A stretch of DNA of 64,000 bases from a virus, in IMG/VR virus record IMGVR_UViG_3300031576_000028, positions 14,896 through 78,895 of that record, one strand, 5' to 3'. Of this stretch, positions 18,560 to 28,144 are shown piece after piece (the stretch's first letter is position 1; each line of letters opens with the position of its first letter). The notes under the pieces are model-generated. The model saw only the letters and a list, made by a program, of their open reading frames with translations, was not told where the DNA came from and did no database searches. The position numbers were made by a program, and so were the translations under genes.

Positions 18560-20448
18560 GCGGGAGGCTCCTCAGCCGGCGGGGCCTCGGGCTCCTCCTC
18601 CGCGAGCTCCCCCGGCGGCCTGCGGGCGACGGCGGCGGACTTGGGGATCGCGCCCCTGAGGTCGGAGAGCATCTTGTCCGCCGACGCCTCGGGAACGTTG
18701 AACGCGAAGATGAGGAGCTCGCGCGCTGCGCTGATCGGGAGGATTCCGGACGCGGTGTCCTTGATGATCTCCGACATCGCGGTGACCTGCGCGCCGTTGA
18801 GGGCCGTATCCTGCTCCTTCTTGGGGGCCTCGGCGGCCGCGGGGTCCGTCGGGGCCCCGGCGAGGATCTCGGCCTCGATCTCATCCTGCTTGGCGCGGTC
18901 CTCACCCTGCACCTTGCCGGCGAGCTCGGACGGGTCCTCGACCTGGAAGAACGGGGCGATGAACTTAGTGGCGTGCGCCTGGTCGATGAGGCCGGTCTGC
19001 TTGGCCATCGCCGACGCGCTGACCGCCTTGCCGACGTCGTCGAGGCTCGGCTCGAAGTACGGGGGCCAGGTCAGCGTCGCCTGGTACGGGCCCTTCCCGA
19101 GCGCGTGCTCCCCGCCGTCCTCCTTCTTCGGGAGGGTGATCGAGAAGCGGGTGATCTTGCCGTCGACGTTGCGCGGGCGCGACAGCGAGACGGCCGCGAC
19201 GAGGGCCATGTTGATAAGCCGCTTGACGCCCATCTCCCCGTACTGCTCGCGGAACGTGTCGGCGCGGGCGAGCATCGCGGCGAAGTTCCGCTCGACCTCC
19301 GTGGCCGTGCGATTTCCGCCGTCGGGCTGCTCGAGGACGCACTGCGCGACCTCCAGAGCCATCTCCTTGTAGATCTTCGCCTGCTCGCGGGCCTGCACGA
19401 TGCCGCCGCCGGACATCTCCATGTAGCCGGCCGATCCGCCGTTTGGGAGCTTGATCGCGTTCGCCGATCCCTTGCGAACCTCGCCCATCTGGGCGTCCGT
19501 CGTGATCACGGTCGTCGGATCGCAGTTGGCGAGGATGCCCTTCTCGCCCTGAGCGTTGAGTCGGTCGATCGCCTCGACGAGCTCGTATACGCCTTGGCAG
19601 TCAGGATCGCCGTCGACGTCGGTGACCACGGCCTGGTTCTGCATCCAGGCGACCGGGCAGAAGCCGAGGCCGTGCCGCACGACGGTGGCCGGAGTCCACT
19701 CCGGATTCCTGATCCGCGGGTCCGCGAGGATTGGCTCGAACACGACGTCCTGCTCAACGTCGATGACGCGTCGGTACCAGAAGTCGGCCTCGACCCACTC
19801 GCCGGTCTCCTGGTCGCGGACCTCCTGCTTGAAGGTGTGGCGATACTCGAGCGCGCGGAGGATCAGGTTCGCGCGGTCGAGGAACGTCGGTGCGCACCAG
19901 CGCGGGTCGAACACCTCGAACGATGGCCGGCCGGCCAGCACCTTGAAGCCGACGACCGCCGTGCCGGTGGCCCCGCCGAACGTCCTGGCGAGCATCATCT
20001 GGGGCCACAGGCGCCCCGCCTCGATCACGGCGTTGACGTAGTCCTCGGTCTGCTCGTCGCCCTTGACCGTCACTTGCGGGTGGCGCTTCTGCCCGAACAG
20101 GAGGCCGGTGAAGCGGTCTACGATCACCTTGCACAGGTGGTACGGGGTCGACGGCTTGCGGAACTGGATCGGCAGCGTCTCGCTGTGGGCGACGTAGAAC
20201 CCCGGCGGCACGTAGCCGGCGAGGGCGATCGCGTCACGCTCGAACTGCCCGACCGCGCGCGAGCCGTCCCAGGCCACGCTCCGGGCGGCGTACTGCTCGC
20301 AGCGGTAGTAGCCCCACCGACGGTCGAGCTCGCGCTGGCGCGGGGACAGCGACACCGCGCCGACGTCCCGGACCTCCAGGTCCTCGTTAACGACCCTACC
20401 GGAGGCGACCGCGAGCGCCGGGTGTCCGCCGCCTCCTGTGAAGCTCAT
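18556..20448 (-). CDS. portal protein
   Basis: 630 aa; CKVIVDRFTGLLFG, HGLGFCPVAW and TATEV motifs typical of SPP1-type portals. Confidence 0.85.
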   Translation of the reverse strand: MSFTGGGGHPALAVASGRVVNEDLEVRDVGAVSLSPRQRELDRRWGYYRCEQYAARSVAWDGSRAVGQFERDAIALAGYVPPGFYVAHSETLPIQFRKPSTPYHLCKVIVDRFTGLLFGQKRHPQVTVKGDEQTEDYVNAVIEAGRLWPQMMLARTFGGATGTAVVGFKVLAGRPSFEVFDPRWCAPTFLDRANLILRALEYRHTFKQEVRDQETGEWVEADFWYRRVIDVEQDVVFEPILADPRIRNPEWTPATVVRHGLGFCPVAWMQNQAVVTDVDGDPDCQGVYELVEAIDRLNAQGEKGILANCDPTTVITTDAQMGEVRKGSANAIKLPNGGSAGYMEMSGGGIVQAREQAKIYKEMALEVAQCVLEQPDGGNRTATEVERNFAAMLARADTFREQYGEMGVKRLINMALVAAVSLSRPRNVDGKITRFSITLPKKEDGGEHALGKGPYQATLTWPPYFEPSLDDVGKAVSASAMAKQTGLIDQAHATKFIAPFFQVEDPSELAGKVQGEDRAKQDEIEAEILAGAPTDPAAAEAPKKEQDTALNGAQVTAMSEIIKDTASGILPISAARELLIFAFNVPEASADKMLSDLRGAIPKSAAVARRPPGELAEEEPEAPPAEEPPA

Positions 20449-20481
20449 GTTGGCCAGCCTAGCTCAGCGCCGGTCCGGGGT

Positions 20482-20751
20482 CTACGGCTTCGGCCTGCGG
20501 CGCTCGACGCGGCCGGCCGCGTCGTGGTCGAGGTCGCGCTCCAGCTCCGTCTTGGGGAGCGGCTCGGGGTTCGTGCCGGCCCGGTTGACCAGCGCCAGCA
20601 GGAATTCGAGGTCGACGACGTACTTGTCCGCGTACACGGTCGGGGGCTGCCCGCCGAGGGCCGTCTGGGCGTGCACCTTCTTGAAGTAGGCCAGGTCCGC
20701 GAGGATCTGGGCGAGCCTCGCGGCGTCATCTGGCGCTTGGTCGTCGGGCAT
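20482..20751 (-). CDS. hypothetical protein
   Basis: Coding-like codon bias; overlaps the upstream ORF. Confidence 0.55.
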   Translation of the reverse strand: MPDDQAPDDAARLAQILADLAYFKKVHAQTALGGQPPTVYADKYVVDLEFLLALVNRAGTNPEPLPKTELERDLDHDAAGRVERRRPKP

Positions 20752-21010
20752 CTTCGATCATCTCCTCGAGCTCGACGAACCACTCCGGCTGGGTGGAGTG
20801 GATCTCGACTCGGCTGGGGGTTGAGCTCACTACGTACCACACCAGCGCGGGCGGGAGGGCCCTCGCCGCCGCCAGAGCCTGGGCCCGCTCCAGGGCTGCG
20901 AAGGTTACGGCGACGAGGAACAGCGGCTCGAGGTCGCGGTCGACGAGGGTCGACCCGCGGACGTTCTTCCACGACCGAAGCTCGGCGACCTGGCCGGGCG
21001 ACAGGCGCAT
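20726..21010 (-). CDS. hypothetical protein
   Basis: TGATG overlap with the endolysin stop. Confidence 0.55.
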   Translation of the reverse strand: MRLSPGQVAELRSWKNVRGSTLVDRDLEPLFLVAVTFAALERAQALAAARALPPALVWYVVSSTPSRVEIHSTQPEWFVELEEMIEDARRPSAR

Positions 21011-21912
21011 CAGTAGGGGATCCCCTTGCGGCTCGGGTCCCACGTCTCCGGGATCGGCTTGCCGCCGGCGCCGTCGTGGATGCAGAAGCCGGGACCGCCG
21101 TCGTGGAGGCCGAGCTCGGCCATCAGCTCGCGGGCTACCCCCCACGTCCTCGACCCGGGGTCGTTAGCGCGGCTGCGAGACGAGCAGCGGTGTGGGACGA
21201 TGACGTTCATCATGCCGCCGAGCGAGTCGATCACGTGCTTTCCCCAGCGGACCAGCTGCTTGAGTGAGTGGACCTGCGCGTCGGTGATCGACACGGCCTG
21301 CTCCACCCACCTGGTGGACCTGTCGTCCCAGACCGTCCTCGGGTCGCCCTCGACGCCGGCGAACAGGCCGTCGACCTCGACGCCCCACGTGAGGCGGTTG
21401 AAGCCGTTGCCGTGCGCCACGAGGCGGTTGAAGTCGTGGAGCCACAGGACGTCGCCGTCCTTGTAGTGACCGCCCGCCGCGCGGGCGATCAGGAAGTGCG
21501 CCGTGACCTTGTCCATGCGCGCCGGGTCGCGCGATCCGGACATGACGCACGCCGTCTGGTGCAGGCACGCGCCGGTGATCTTGTCCCATGGACGGGGACC
21601 GTAGTCCCCATACGGCCCGACGATCGGCCGGCGGTCGACCAGCTGGTCGGGCTCTGGGACGGCCTGCGCGGCCATCGCCCGCCTCCTCGCGAGCAGGTCG
21701 TAGACGAGGGCGACCTCCTGGTCGTCGGCCACGTCCTTGTCGGGGTCGTCGGGGTGGGCGCGGCCCTGCTCGAACAGCACGTGCACGAGGGCCGACGCGG
21801 TCTCGCCGCCGAAGTCCGCGTCCGCACCCCACCTTGGCAGCGCGGCGCCGAGCTCGAGGAGGGCCTCCTGGAACTGCTTCACCTGGTCGCCGCGGTCGCC
21901 GATCTTGAACAT
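21010..21912 (-). CDS. endolysin: PG-binding domain + N-acetylmuramoyl-L-alanine amidase
   Basis: N-terminal PG_binding_1 pattern (GDRGDQVKQFQEAL...DADFGGET); amidase_2 motifs LHQTA, AHF, AHGN, VPHR, DPG. Confidence 0.85.
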   Translation of the reverse strand: MFKIGDRGDQVKQFQEALLELGAALPRWGADADFGGETASALVHVLFEQGRAHPDDPDKDVADDQEVALVYDLLARRRAMAAQAVPEPDQLVDRRPIVGPYGDYGPRPWDKITGACLHQTACVMSGSRDPARMDKVTAHFLIARAAGGHYKDGDVLWLHDFNRLVAHGNGFNRLTWGVEVDGLFAGVEGDPRTVWDDRSTRWVEQAVSITDAQVHSLKQLVRWGKHVIDSLGGMMNVIVPHRCSSRSRANDPGSRTWGVARELMAELGLHDGGPGFCIHDGAGGKPIPETWDPSRKGIPY

Positions 21913-21922
21913 GCCAACTAGA

Positions 21923-22120
21923 CTAGTTCAAGTCAGACCGGCGCGCCAGCTCCTCGGCCGCGACCTCGCCGCGGAGGGCCTCGACGTACAGCTCGACGTC
22001 GACGCCCCATCGCTGCAGGCAGGTCTGGGTGAGGGCGAGGAGCACCTCCAGGACGACAACCTTCCGCTCCCCGTGGATGGCGAGCCCCAGCTTCTCGATC
22101 AGCCTCTCTGCGTCGCTCAT
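21923..22120 (-). CDS. hypothetical protein
   Basis: ATGA overlap, GGAGG RBS. Confidence 0.6.
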   Translation of the reverse strand: MSDAERLIEKLGLAIHGERKVVVLEVLLALTQTCLQRWGVDVELYVEALRGEVAAEELARRSDLN

Positions 22121-22383
22121 CGGGGATCCTCCTTGTCCATCACCAGTCTCCTGGCGATCACCTTTGGGTCCCGGCGCACCCTCCAGCGGGCTAGGAACAA
22201 GAACGGCAGGCCGACGAGGGCCGGACCCCACAGCGAGCAGAAGAGGATCAGCTTGAGCTGCTCCACCCGCTCGCGATCGTCCTCCTCCTCCAGCGGGGAC
22301 ATCACCTCGTCTATGCCAGTCAGCACCCCCCACAGGGCCGAGGCGAGGACCATGTAGATCGCAGCGAGCCAGTACCACTCCAT
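22117..22383 (-). CDS. two-TM membrane protein (holin candidate)
   Basis: Two hydrophobic helices and a basic tail; two genes upstream of the endolysin. Confidence 0.45.
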   Translation of the reverse strand: MEWYWLAAIYMVLASALWGVLTGIDEVMSPLEEEDDRERVEQLKLILFCSLWGPALVGLPFLFLARWRVRRDPKVIARRLVMDKEDPR

Positions 22384-23027
22384 CAAAGGACCCCCCAAGT
22401 ATCGCGGATGATGACGGCCGCGGCCTCGGGGTCGTCGATGATTAGCTCGCGGGCGATCTCGTTCGTCGCGGCCACTCGGAGGATCTTGACCCGCACGTGG
22501 ACCGGCAGGAGCTTGTCGATGTCGCACTCCCTCCAGACCCTCTCGGTCCGCGGCGTCTGGCCCTTCGAGGTGCGGGTCGAAATGGTCTGCGACACGAGCT
22601 GCCGCTTCTGGACGTAGCCGAGCCGCCTCGCGAGCTGCTTGTCCCTCGTCAGTCGCTTGGCCATCTCCCACGCCCACACTGGGCACGTCGCCTCGAAGGT
22701 TAGGCTCTCCTGGACGTCGCCCCAGTGGTCCAGCACCCTCCTCGTCACCATCCTGAAGCCGCGGGACCGACTCCCCTCCTCGACCTCCTCCTCGCGGTAC
22801 ACGGGCTCCCTCCACCACACGTACGCCGGGGCCATCTTGGCGATCCCTGCCTTCGACAGCAGGGCCCCGAACTGGCCGGCGAAGCGCCACCCGATCTCGT
22901 CCAGCCTCTGCTGGGTCCTGCGCGCCACGCAAAACGGGGCGTTCTTCCCGTGCTGGGCCTTGAGCATCCTGAGGGAGGTCATCCTCCCACACCACCGACA
23001 CTCGATCTTGGTCACGTGTCCCATCAC
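22383..23027 (-). CDS. hypothetical protein with N-terminal Zn finger
   Basis: CRWC...QH...C. Confidence 0.6.
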   Translation of the reverse strand: MMGHVTKIECRWCGRMTSLRMLKAQHGKNAPFCVARRTQQRLDEIGWRFAGQFGALLSKAGIAKMAPAYVWWREPVYREEEVEEGSRSRGFRMVTRRVLDHWGDVQESLTFEATCPVWAWEMAKRLTRDKQLARRLGYVQKRQLVSQTISTRTSKGQTPRTERVWRECDIDKLLPVHVRVKILRVAATNEIARELIIDDPEAAAVIIRDTWGVL

Positions 23028-23632
23028 GTACCTACTTGCGGAGCGTCGCCGGGGATCCTACCGAGCTCGCCGAACGGCACCTGCGGTGCGACCTCGCGCA
23101 GGAGGTCGAGCGCCCTGCCGAAGTTCGCCGGGTCGTTCCAGTCCCGCGTCCGGCCGCTCGGGTGCGGGAGGCTGACGATCGACACGTGGAAGTCGGCGAG
23201 CTCGCAGGAGGCCCAGTCGTCAACCTCCTTCCACCACGGGTACCAGGACCAGGTGTCGAGGTGCTGCCCGAGGGCCCCGCCCACGACCGTCGACACCTTG
23301 CGTCCGAGGCAGACTACCGTGGTCCACGGGGTCCACCCGGTCGACAGGACGATCGCGGCGCGCTCCTCTGCGGCCGCGCGGTTCCACGTCGGGCTGCAGA
23401 GGTTGGTGCGCCACAGGCCGTAGTAGGTCGCGTGGCCGAGCTGCAGGATCTTCGACTGGAGGCGCTCGCCGGCCACGCCTGTCGGCGCCGCCCACAGGGC
23501 CCTCGTCGGGTCGTCGGACTGAGGGTTGTCCTCGCCGAGCAGCAGGACGCGGTGGCCCTCCCAGGGCTCCTGCCCCTGCGGGCCGACGCGGCAGGCCCCT
23601 GCCCAGGTGTGGTGGACGAGCGACCCGGTCAC
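23024..23632 (-). CDS. uracil-DNA glycosylase superfamily protein
   Basis: LLLGEDNP, AGERL, RTNLC, VCLGRKV, LPHPSG motifs. Confidence 0.75.
   Translation of the reverse strand: MTGSLVHHTWAGACRVGPQGQEPWEGHRVLLLGEDNPQSDDPTRALWAAPTGVAGERLQSKILQLGHATYYGLWRTNLCSPTWNRAAAEERAAIVLSTGWTPWTTVVCLGRKVSTVVGGALGQHLDTWSWYPWWKEVDDWASCELADFHVSIVSLPHPSGRTRDWNDPANFGRALDLLREVAPQVPFGELGRIPGDAPQVGT
23448..23479. repeat. 32-bp exact direct repeat, copy 1
   Basis: atcttcgactggaggcgctcgccggccacgcc, identical to 37302-37333. Confidence 0.95.
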
Positions 23633-23973
23633 TTCGGGTCCCCGCGGTCGGCGGCGAGCCTGGTCGCAGCGATCTCCGTCAGCAGGTCCTCGACGGTTGA
23701 TTTGCCTGGACCGATGCCGACCGTGGTCTTGAGGCTCACCGAGCCGAGGCCGATGAAGAGTTGCGCCCCGGTGACCTTGTCGATGGTGAAGCTGATCGAC
23801 AGGATGTTCGGGATCCGATAGCGGAACAGGTGGCCGTCGTCGTCCTCGAGGACGAGGAAAACATTGGTACCCGAGCCCGTCCCGTCGCTGACGACCTCGA
23901 CGCGGGACTTGTCCGAGGTGCGGTGACGCCGACTTCTTGGAAGAGCGACCTTGTAGTCCCCTTCGTCAGTCAC
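23629..23973 (-). CDS. hypothetical protein
   Basis: Coupled ORF of 114 aa. Confidence 0.6.
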   Translation of the reverse strand: MTDEGDYKVALPRSRRHRTSDKSRVEVVSDGTGSGTNVFLVLEDDDGHLFRYRIPNILSISFTIDKVTGAQLFIGLGSVSLKTTVGIGPGKSTVEDLLTEIAATRLAADRGDPK

Positions 23974-25146
23974 CTACTTGGACTCCTGCTCGATCGCGAG
24001 CTCCAGCAGCTCGAGGGCCGCGGCGGCCTCCCCCTTGGCGCGCTCGGCCTCTGTGGTGGCGGCGGCGGCGGCCTCCTGGGCCCGGGCCGCAGTGACCTCC
24101 GCGCGCGTCTGCTGGACCCGGGCGCGGCCGTAGGCCTCGGCGAGCTCGGTGACGGTGGACCGCTCGGCGACCCCTGCGTCGACCAGGTCCTGCTCCCACA
24201 GCCTGCGAAGGCACCTCGCGCACACCCACGGTCCCATCTTGCCGTCGGGCCTCGACACGTCGCCGCCGCACGGGCACCTGCGGACGTGGTGCTCGTGGGC
24301 CTCTGGAATGATCCGCACCTCGCTGGCGCGCGGCGAGTCCGGCTTAGGCGCGCCGCAGATAGAGCAGACGATGTGTAGCGGGATATTGACCCCGTCAACG
24401 ATAACGTCCTTGAGCTCCGCCTCGAAGACGTGCTCGTGGGGCCGAACCGTGTCTGCGAACGACTGCGGGTTCTCGTGCCTCATCCTCGGTGTGCGCTGGC
24501 GGGCGATCTCCTCGTCGCTCTGCGCCAGCGCCATGTCGAGCATCGTGTCGACGGTCGGCGACCTGGGGAATCCGCGGCCGCCCGTCGGCTTGGCGATGTC
24601 CTGCGACCACTTGGGGCGCTTGATCGCCCCGGTCTCCATGCCGGCCTTGAGCTCGGGGAGGACCTCAAACAGCTTGAGCAGATTCTCCTTGACCGGGAGG
24701 GCGTCACCGGTCTCCCACTGCGAGACCGCCTGTCCGACCACCCCGAGGATCTCCCCGAGCGCCTCCTGCGTGACCTCGTTCTCCTCCCGCACGCGGGCGA
24801 GGCCGGGGCCGAACTCCTGCGATTCCGGCTTGTCGTACTTGTCGAGGACCGGGATGATCTTCTCGATCACCCCCGCGTTCCACTCGCGGTCGTCGTCCAC
24901 GCAGCCATCGACTGCGGCGCCGCCGAGCCCGGCCCACGTGGGGAAGAACGGCGCCACGCGCGGGAGGCGCGAGACGAGGCGCTTGAACTGCTGATTGTTC
25001 GGGATCGCCTCGCCGCGCTCCCATCGGCGGACCTCGCGCTCGCCAACTCCGACGTGCTTGGCGATGTCGCTGCGGCTGACCTGGTAGCGCGCCCGCTCGC
25101 GCATGAGGGCCTCCTGGAATTCAATCTTCTTGGGTTGCTGCGTCAT
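23974..25146 (-). CDS. transcriptional regulator with two XRE HTH domains, Zn ribbons and a coiled coil
   Basis: SRSDIAKHVGVGEREVRRWERGEAIP and TQEALGEILGVVGQAVSQWETGDALP; CSIC, CPCG..CARC; AGGAG RBS before the ATG at 25146. Confidence 0.85.
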   Translation of the reverse strand: MTQQPKKIEFQEALMRERARYQVSRSDIAKHVGVGEREVRRWERGEAIPNNQQFKRLVSRLPRVAPFFPTWAGLGGAAVDGCVDDDREWNAGVIEKIIPVLDKYDKPESQEFGPGLARVREENEVTQEALGEILGVVGQAVSQWETGDALPVKENLLKLFEVLPELKAGMETGAIKRPKWSQDIAKPTGGRGFPRSPTVDTMLDMALAQSDEEIARQRTPRMRHENPQSFADTVRPHEHVFEAELKDVIVDGVNIPLHIVCSICGAPKPDSPRASEVRIIPEAHEHHVRRCPCGGDVSRPDGKMGPWVCARCLRRLWEQDLVDAGVAERSTVTELAEAYGRARVQQTRAEVTAARAQEAAAAATTEAERAKGEAAAALELLELAIEQESK

Positions 25147-25200
25147 CTGGGTGCTCCTGGTTGGTGTCGCCATCGAGCGAAGCCTTACCGATCCGCGGCG

Positions 25201-25932
25201 CTAGTCCAACCTGGTCGGCAGGTCGTCGAGGAGCGCCAGCCTGGCGAACTCGGTGCGGCACGCGTCGCAGGTCACGGCGCCGCTCTCGATCGCGTAGGCC
25301 TTCCGCTGGTCATCCCCGTGCGGCGCATCTTGCAAGAAGCGGCGCCCGAGGACGGCCCAGATCCCGAGCTAGGACATCGACCTGCGGTCGCGCCCGCAGA
25401 GCGTGGGGTCACCGTAGCCGACGACGAGGTGGATCGCGGTCCTACGGCGCGCCCGGAAGAACTTGACCGCGTCCCAGTCGACGACCTCGGGCACTACCGC
25501 TTCTTGCCGATGCCGACCGTGGTCTTGCGCAGGCCAGGGGTTGTGGCACTTCTTCGCGGACGGCCTGGCGCGCCTGACCACGCGGACGAACACCCGCACC
25601 TCGATCTCCGACCCGAACTCCGGATGGTGCCCGAGGGCCCGGCCGATCAGGTCGTACATGGTTGGCGAGTTTATCCTGTCCGTGGCGTCCTCGGCTCTGA
25701 ACTCCACCAGTTGGTAGTAACCCCCGCACGGGGCGCCTGACCACCCGAGACCTCGATCCGGCCTGAGGAGCACCTTCGTAGATCCCTCATCCCCCAAACC
25801 ATTGGCGGCGTACGACCGCATGCTCGCCTTGAGATTCTCAGTCGCCGTCTTCGACTTCTTCAGCTTCTTCTTCTTCTTGGTCACGCGAACAGCCTTGCCT
25901 GCCTCAACGCGCGGTCCTACTTCGTCACCCAC
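25201..25932 (-). pseudogene. ORF(s) with an internal in-frame TAG at 25369-25371; Zn-finger C-terminal half
   Basis: The frame continues after the TAG (...LCGRDRRSMS*LGIWAV...VTCDACRTEFARLALLDD) and completes an H..C..CxxC site. Confidence 0.6.
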
Positions 25933-25939
25933 GTGATGA

Positions 25940-27391
25940 TCATCTTCGGTTGAAGTCGACGCCGCCGTGGTTCTCGATCGCCCTCATGCCGAGCCGGCAG
26001 CCCTCGCGCGCGAACCACGAGGCCATGAGGCGGTCGCCTGTGTGCGCGGACGGGTTATAGTAGAGCATCTCGTCGACCCAGGCCTGGACCTCCGGGTGCA
26101 TGACGCCGCCGCGGTTCGGGATCCTCCACTTGCCGGCGGCCATCTCCGTCGCCAGGCCCTCGATGCCGAACTCCGGGTGGGCCTTGTTGCGCCCGGTCGT
26201 GAACGGGATGATCGGCACGGCGCTGCCGGCGCGGGCGAACTGGACTATGAAGTCCTGCGCCGCGTTGTTCTCCACGATGATGATCGACTGGTACCGCTGG
26301 TGGTGCTGGTTGATCTTCGTGACGATCTCCGGGCCGGACCAGCGCCCACTCTCGATGTTGAGGACGCTGCGGTTGCCGTACGGGTCGACCGCGATGTCGA
26401 ACAGCGCCGTGAGGTCGTTGTCGTCCTTCTGCTGGACGGCGAGGTCGACGCCCGTGTAGGTCCGGTAGCCATGCGGCACGACCTGCAGGGCCGAGGCGAG
26501 GGACGTGCCGTCGCCGAGCCGCAGCGCGACCTCGACCCACTCGCGCTTGAAGCGCGCGCTGGCGTCGTCGCGGGCCTCGCACATGAGCTGACGCGGGGCC
26601 TCGAGCGGGCCGAGCTCGCGGACGCGCTGGGCGATGCGGGCGACCGGCCAGCGCTCCGGCCAGCGGGGGTGCCCGTCCTGGTCGACCACCGGGTACTTGA
26701 ACGCGGCGAAGCCCTGCCGCGCGAGGTGGTGGAGGATGTCTTGCGGGTGGAAGGCCGTGCCGACGCCGAGCACGCGGCAGGGGTCCGTGTAGCGGCCGGT
26801 GACCGCCGACTTGTACCACTCGATCAGCCCCTTGCGGGCCTCCTCCGTGTGCGTGTTCTCGTAATCAAGTAGATCGTCCAAGCGAACGCGGTCAAGGCGA
26901 GCACCCTGGATGTTGCCGTGAACACCGGACGTCTGAACCGAGTAATCCTTGGAAATCGTCGCGCGGCTGACACTAAACGCGTTGGTGCCCCAAGGCTCGC
27001 CAGGCTGGAGATCTGGAAACACATCATGCAGCTCAGAACTGCGCTCAACGTATTGTTTGATGGTAGCAGCAACCTTTGCTGCTTGGTTCTTGGTATTCGA
27101 GAGGATCAAGAAGCGGAGGCTTGGATCGCGGCCGAGCTCCCACAACGTTCGAGCGATCGATAACTGGCTAGTTTTCCCAGACTCGATATGCGCCCAAATC
27201 AGAAGCCGATCATGTTCGTCAGCCAGCCGATGCCAGGCAGCGTGTGGACCTCCTTGGACGATTGGTTGATTGGTCGCCTCGTCCCGTAAAACGAACTCAC
27301 AGAATACGTTTATGTCAGTGCGGGCCAGTCGGGCGATCAGTGCCCTCCTCGCCCTAGCGTGGCGAACAAGGCTCGCCTTAACCGCGACCAT
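25940..27391 (-). CDS. terL: terminase large subunit
   Basis: Walker A-like HIESGKT, Walker B-like RLDDLLD, nuclease GVDLA, IIVENNAAQ, HTGDRLMA. Confidence 0.93.
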   Translation of the reverse strand: MVAVKASLVRHARARRALIARLARTDINVFCEFVLRDEATNQPIVQGGPHAAWHRLADEHDRLLIWAHIESGKTSQLSIARTLWELGRDPSLRFLILSNTKNQAAKVAATIKQYVERSSELHDVFPDLQPGEPWGTNAFSVSRATISKDYSVQTSGVHGNIQGARLDRVRLDDLLDYENTHTEEARKGLIEWYKSAVTGRYTDPCRVLGVGTAFHPQDILHHLARQGFAAFKYPVVDQDGHPRWPERWPVARIAQRVRELGPLEAPRQLMCEARDDASARFKREWVEVALRLGDGTSLASALQVVPHGYRTYTGVDLAVQQKDDNDLTALFDIAVDPYGNRSVLNIESGRWSGPEIVTKINQHHQRYQSIIIVENNAAQDFIVQFARAGSAVPIIPFTTGRNKAHPEFGIEGLATEMAAGKWRIPNRGGVMHPEVQAWVDEMLYYNPSAHTGDRLMASWFAREGCRLGMRAIENHGGVDFNRR

Positions 27392-27878
27392 GCTTCTCCA
27401 GGTAGAGCGCTAGAAGCCGAAGGACTGTTGGGTCGTCTTCTGCGTACCCAAGTGATCGATTGCAGTTGTTGCAGAGGATGCCACGTAGGGCGCCAGTTTG
27501 GTGATCGTGGTCCATAGCCCAGTTGGCACCCTTTGGGTCTTCTCCAAGGCACGCCGCGCAGCGGGATCCTTGTGATAGGAACAGGTGCTGCCAATCCGCC
27601 AACGTGATCCCGTACTTCCTGACCAAGTGATAGTTACGAGCCACCGAACGCGCGGCGTCTGCGTCGAGGTCGAACAGAGCTTGCTTATGCAGCGATGCAG
27701 ACGCGATCATTTGATCACGATGGCGCGCATAGTAGCGCTGCTTGCTCGCTGCGATACGCACCTCGTTATTTGGATCAGCGCGATAGCGATCCATGCGCTC
27801 TTTAACCTCAGGTCTCGCTCGATACGCTCGAAAGTACTCACTGCGGTCTTTTGGCACTTGCTCGACTTGTTGACTCAC
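27378..27878 (-). CDS. endonuclease VII-family homing endonuclease
   Basis: KYGIT...QGSRCAAC...MDHDHQTGALRGILCNNCNRSLG; low GC. Confidence 0.9.
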   Translation of the reverse strand: MSQQVEQVPKDRSEYFRAYRARPEVKERMDRYRADPNNEVRIAASKQRYYARHRDQMIASASLHKQALFDLDADAARSVARNYHLVRKYGITLADWQHLFLSQGSRCAACLGEDPKGANWAMDHDHQTGALRGILCNNCNRSLGYAEDDPTVLRLLALYLEKHGRG

Positions 27879-28116
27879 GGCTAACTTCCAATACCACGTC
27901 CTCGACCGGCGTGTCGAGATCGTTCCAGTCCTCCCAGCCGTCGTCGTCCGACGCCACGTCGGCGCGGATCTCCGGGGGCACGGACTCGAGGACCTGGATC
28001 GGCCCGACCACCTGCGCCCCGGTCACGCACCTGGCGTGGAGGTGCGCCGAGTCCGGCCAGCGGTACGCCGCGAGGACGATGCCCCCGCCTGCGACGATAT
28101 GGACCTCGTCCGACAC
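27838..28116 (-). CDS. hypothetical protein (probably leaderless)
   Basis: TGG-TAGTCT element 6 nt before the GTG. Confidence 0.6.
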   Translation of the reverse strand: MSDEVHIVAGGGIVLAAYRWPDSAHLHARCVTGAQVVGPIQVLESVPPEIRADVASDDDGWEDWNDLDTPVEDVVLEVSRESTSRASAKRPQ

Positions 28117-28122
28117 CCAGAG

Positions 28123-28131
28123 AGACTACCA
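28123..28131 (-). promoter_or_regulatory. extended -10 (TGGTAGTCT), leaderless start
   Basis: TGn-TAnnnT, then 6 nt, then the GTG at 28116. Confidence 0.5.
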
Positions 28132-28144
28132 TCCGGGTCTGACG

